In this document: positions 49,561-52,714 of the stretch, piece by piece
Layout: every line of letters begins with the position of its first letter
How positions within the stretch are numbered: the first letter of the stretch is position 1
Assembly (NCBI GenBank): GCA_051382295.1
Contig: JBBCAW010000115.1
Coordinates: 1 to 52,714, forward strand
Direction of reading: 5' to 3'
From: Bdellovibrionota bacterium FG-1
Lineage (GTDB): Bacteria; Bdellovibrionota; UBA1018
DNA: 52,714 bases
Notes under the pieces: generated by a model
What the model saw: the letters and a program-made list of their open reading frames with translations, nothing else
Told to the model about the DNA's origin: nothing
Databases searched by the model: none
Program-made: the position numbers and the translations under genes

Positions 49561-50598
49561 CTAATCTGAAACGAATTCAATGGTATTTATGGCGAGGATC
49601 AAGCCTGATACCCATGCTCCGATTGCAAAACTAAATGAAAAAAACGGATTAAGACAATACGAGGCGAGTGAGCAAATAAGAGTTGTAGCAAGTATGCGCC
49701 GCGTTCGGAATGTTTGTATCTTTATGCTAAAGTAGAAGGTGGCAGTATAAACAGTAAGTAGCGCCACTATGCCGGCATACGAAAGCGAGCTACTGCCAAC
49801 AAACCAAACCGATATTGGTAAAAAGAAACCCTTCAGGAGGTCCGCCCAAAACGACTCACTTTGAAATACGTTTTGATGCTCATGAAAGGCGAGGATGAGA
49901 ATTGGGATCGATATTCCATAAACCACCCTTTCGGTACGTACGAAGTTGTTCTGTTGTTCTTGTAAGAGTTGTTCGGAGCGGTCAGTGCTTTCTTTATTAT
50001 CTTTTTCCCACTGAGCATTCAACGAAACAGCACTTTCAAGAATCTCCCTGATGAATTCGTCAAAATGAATATCTCTTTTTGAAAACAAGAGATGCATCCC
50101 GAGCTTAAAAATAAGATCCCCTTTATCGCCCGCTTTTTCCAAGGACCATCCGTGCTCTTCACTTAGGTAGGTCCAAATAAGTTCAGCATCCTCGTTAGAA
50201 ACCAGGCCAAGGTGTTTTTTCGTCATTCCAATACTTGGGCGAAGAAAGGCTATACCTAGGCAATCAATTCTTTTTCCAATAGATAATGCCAGCGAACTGA
50301 TCGGTGTTTCCCTTTTAATGGATATTTTTTTTAACCGATTATAGACCTGAGAATGGATGTCCCAACCATTTTTTCCAATTTTTTCAATGGTGGTTACCCG
50401 TCTTTCTTCGTCTTCAATATTTTTTGTTCTTTGAATTTTTGCTTCAACAAGTTCCAGGTGCCGTTCCTGTCTTTTTGATTGTTGTTTTTGCTTTTGGATT
50501 AGTTCTTTTTGGAGCCTGCTAATTTTATCAAGTTTAACATAGCTAATAACTCCCCCGACTAGAGCAGCTCCCTTAAGGGCGCTTTGTTTTTTTGCCAC
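49561..50598 (-). CDS. Coiled-coil plus multi-TM hypothetical protein
   Basis: AT-rich ORF; N-terminal coiled coil and about five C-terminal hydrophobic segments. Confidence 0.7.
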   Translation of the reverse strand: MAKKQSALKGAALVGGVISYVKLDKISRLQKELIQKQKQQSKRQERHLELVEAKIQRTKNIEDEERRVTTIEKIGKNGWDIHSQVYNRLKKISIKRETPISSLALSIGKRIDCLGIAFLRPSIGMTKKHLGLVSNEDAELIWTYLSEEHGWSLEKAGDKGDLIFKLGMHLLFSKRDIHFDEFIREILESAVSLNAQWEKDNKESTDRSEQLLQEQQNNFVRTERVVYGISIPILILAFHEHQNVFQSESFWADLLKGFFLPISVWFVGSSSLSYAGIVALLTVYTATFYFSIKIQTFRTRRILATTLICSLASYCLNPFFSFSFAIGAWVSGLILAINTIEFVSD

Positions 50599-50753
50599 TT
50601 ATATCTTCCTTCGTTTCGTCGAGAATTAGCCTACTTCTGACTAATCGGCGAAGTTGTGGATTTCTTGAGAAAAAATGTCTATATCAACTAACTGCCTATC
50701 CAGGCTTAGGCAATGAATAAAGTTTCATCAGCCATCTAAAGTGGCGAGGGGAC

Positions 50754-50855
50754 CTATTTGAATAGTTTTTTGACTGTCTCTATTTCTTCATCGCTGGGCT
50801 CAGGGGCTTCCTGCATCGCCTTCTCAAAAGCCTCTATCTCCTCTCGAGTGATCAT
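50754..50855 (-). CDS. 33-aa acidic peptide
   Basis: MITREEIEAFEKAMQEAPEPSDEEIETVKKLFK*; RBS GGAGG and ATGA overlap with the upstream gene. Confidence 0.4.
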   Translation of the reverse strand: MITREEIEAFEKAMQEAPEPSDEEIETVKKLFK

Positions 50856-51652
50856 TTCACCCCTCCTGCCGTCTTGAGGGTGCCGTAACTCCCTTTATTG
50901 TCTTCCCCTGCTTTGGCTTTTTGCGCGTCTTCATCTGCATAATACTTAGCTTCTGCCTCATTGTAGGCCGCAAAGATTTCGTTCGTCGTTTTTTGGGGAT
51001 CCTTTGCCCTACTTTTAGACTCAACCTGATATTCTTTCACCCGTTCATGATACTCATGCGAAAGAAAATGTTCAGGATAGGATTCATTCAACTTCTGAAC
51101 GGCCTCATCCCATATTGGGGTGGGGAGCCGTCTCGCTTGAGTTGATCCGTTTTCACCCTCCGACTTCGCCTTCACTGAGCTAATGATCTCTCCCGTGTTG
51201 GTGTCAATAATGGAGAGGTAATGAGTGCAGAGTAGGTAAGAATCAGCCTTAAAAATGGAGCTAGTTTCAGTTTGGCAATCTGCTCGTCCCACAACTACTG
51301 AGCCCACGCCGTACAGTTTGCCCCAATGTGACCACTTTTCCTTATTGTCGAAGCGATCATTTTCACCTCTGTGTTGACGCTCCTGTTCCCGCTTCAACGC
51401 TTTGAAGCCAGCTCCACGATCCACAATCGTCCACTTGTTACTATGAACAAGCGCATGAGTAAGTTCCGCATAGTTAGCCTCGTCGATAGAGTCGGGGTCA
51501 ATCATCACCCGCATATTTATATCACTATACTTAGTCCTCACAGTTGAGCACCCAACCAATTCCCCCAATAGTGCCGCCAAGGTCAAAGCAGCCATTTTTT
51601 TCGTTATGTCGTAGTTGATAGGTTTTTTGGACGATGTAGGAACAGTATTCAT
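50852..51652 (-). CDS. CsgG/HfaB-like lipoprotein
   Basis: LVGC; IVDR....L..EQ, GKL.GV..VV.G, IIDT.TGEI. Confidence 0.7.
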   Translation of the reverse strand: MNTVPTSSKKPINYDITKKMAALTLAALLGELVGCSTVRTKYSDINMRVMIDPDSIDEANYAELTHALVHSNKWTIVDRGAGFKALKREQERQHRGENDRFDNKEKWSHWGKLYGVGSVVVGRADCQTETSSIFKADSYLLCTHYLSIIDTNTGEIISSVKAKSEGENGSTQARRLPTPIWDEAVQKLNESYPEHFLSHEYHERVKEYQVESKSRAKDPQKTTNEIFAAYNEAEAKYYADEDAQKAKAGEDNKGSYGTLKTAGGVK

Positions 51653-51792
51653 AAAGTGGCCACTCCCTGTTTATGCATGTCAACCCTTACTGCTGATAGT
51701 ATACCAAAACAGTCCAGAAATGTCAATAACTCCTGGTACTAAGACATTACTAGGAGTTATGATGAGTTATGGCCTGATTTTATGGAGAAACG

Positions 51793-52146
51793 ATGACTAA
51801 GGATAGAACCCACAATTCAGATTATTCCTTTCCAAAACGACTTAAATTTCTTCGTGATTCGCGGGAATATTCCCAGGCGGTGTTGGCGAAAAAAGTAGGC
51901 TTAACTCAATCAGCAATTGCACAGATCGAAAACGGCACGAAGGACCCTTCAATAGCAACGGTTAAGCGTTTGGCGGATGCTCTTGACGTGGACGTGGCAA
52001 CCCTTTTTGCCAGCGAGGATGTTCACGTTTTCGATTTTAAGAGGTTAAAGGCGCGTTATCGTAAAGTAGATGACTTGACTCCGGTGCTTCATATGGCAAT
52101 TGGGAAGGTCATTAGATATGCGAAGAAGATTGGCTATCTCGATTAG
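51793..52146 (+). CDS. XRE family HTH regulator
   Basis: RLKFLR...SQ..LA..VGLTQSAIAQIENG..DPS. Confidence 0.92.
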   Translation: MTKDRTHNSDYSFPKRLKFLRDSREYSQAVLAKKVGLTQSAIAQIENGTKDPSIATVKRLADALDVDVATLFASEDVHVFDFKRLKARYRKVDDLTPVLHMAIGKVIRYAKKIGYLD

Positions 52147-52292
52147 GGATACCCCGCCCAACCCTCATCCCAATTGCCCAGCTCATCGATCACTCCAATT
52201 ATAAGTTCGACTTAAGAAGGTGGGGTGCAAAAAGATGGCCCTAAAACAGGCTGCCGCCGAGGTCGGTGTGAGCCTGACTAATTTAACGACCT

Positions 52293-52482
52293 CTACGCAA
52301 ATGCGGCGGCATGATCGCGAGCTCATTCGGCAAAGGTGCGGGCCTCGCAACCTGTGATGTCATGGACGGTGGAGGTGATCATCTCCTCGGTTGCATTGCC
52401 ACCGGCACGAATCAGTTCTAAAACGGCATCGGCGAGAACCTCGGACATTCCGTTTTTGAGCATGGCTGCGCGGGCTCCGGCC
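52293..52482 (-). pseudogene. C-terminal fragment of an NmrA/SDR oxidoreductase
   Basis: ARAAMLKNGMSEVLADA...TVHDITGCEARTFAE*ARDHAAAF; TGA at 52323-52325 sits where Trp is expected. Confidence 0.7.
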
Positions 52483-52484
52483 TC

Positions 52485-52587
52485 TGCAACCTACCGCCCA
52501 AGGGACCCGACTAGCACGCTTTTATACCGAGTCATCCAGAGCCACTTCAGAACTTTTGTTGACGCACGTGAGGCGGAGGGGCGTCCC
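52485..52587 (+). pseudogene. 5' fragment of an IS91-family transposase
   Basis: YRPRDPTSTLLYRVIQSHFRTFV...EAEGRP resembles the N-terminus preceding the IS91 Zn-binding domain; similarity ends abruptly. Confidence 0.6.
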
Positions 52588-52714
52588 GCGAATCTCAAAA
52601 ATGACCCTGTTTATTTTAGAATAACTCGTCTCCCCCTTGGTCGCCAGTCATTGGGGCATGAATTGGGCGGGAAGACCAACTTTGCATACCCTCTCCCAGC
52701 CCTGGATCTAGGTC

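Overview
52.7 kb of bacterial chromosome. The gene repertoire suggests a Bdellovibrionota/deltaproteobacterial host; this is inference, not a database result. Left to right: (1) a candidate RiPP cluster with a Cys-rich 97-aa precursor, a 23-bp perfect hairpin, a radical SAM/SPASM enzyme, and a convergent single-TM protein plus an ABC exporter with a degenerate GGDEF-like tail; (2) two toxin-antitoxin pairs, one lying between duplicated 3' ends of a ~16-heme cytochrome lipoprotein gene; (3) a chemosensory cluster with CheX-REC, an MCP::CheA fusion lacking Hpt and carrying an in-frame TGA, CheW and CheV; (4) NiFe-hydrogenase maturation genes hypABFCE and hypD-hypX, interrupted by an inverted mvhG and a truncated mvhA fused to a tusA remnant; (5) a secreted protease, a P-type ATPase, a signal-peptide-bearing SelO-like protein and a Zn/Mn uptake operon; (6) a compact ICE with integrase, excisionase, Replic_Relax-type relaxase, FtsK-type coupling protein and a minimal VirB-like T4SS, beside a decayed integrase; (7) cargo including a PD-(D/E)XK two-gene operon, and gene remnants. 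Several deletion-like junctions are scattered through the window. All family calls come from motif recognition by eye; no searches were run.
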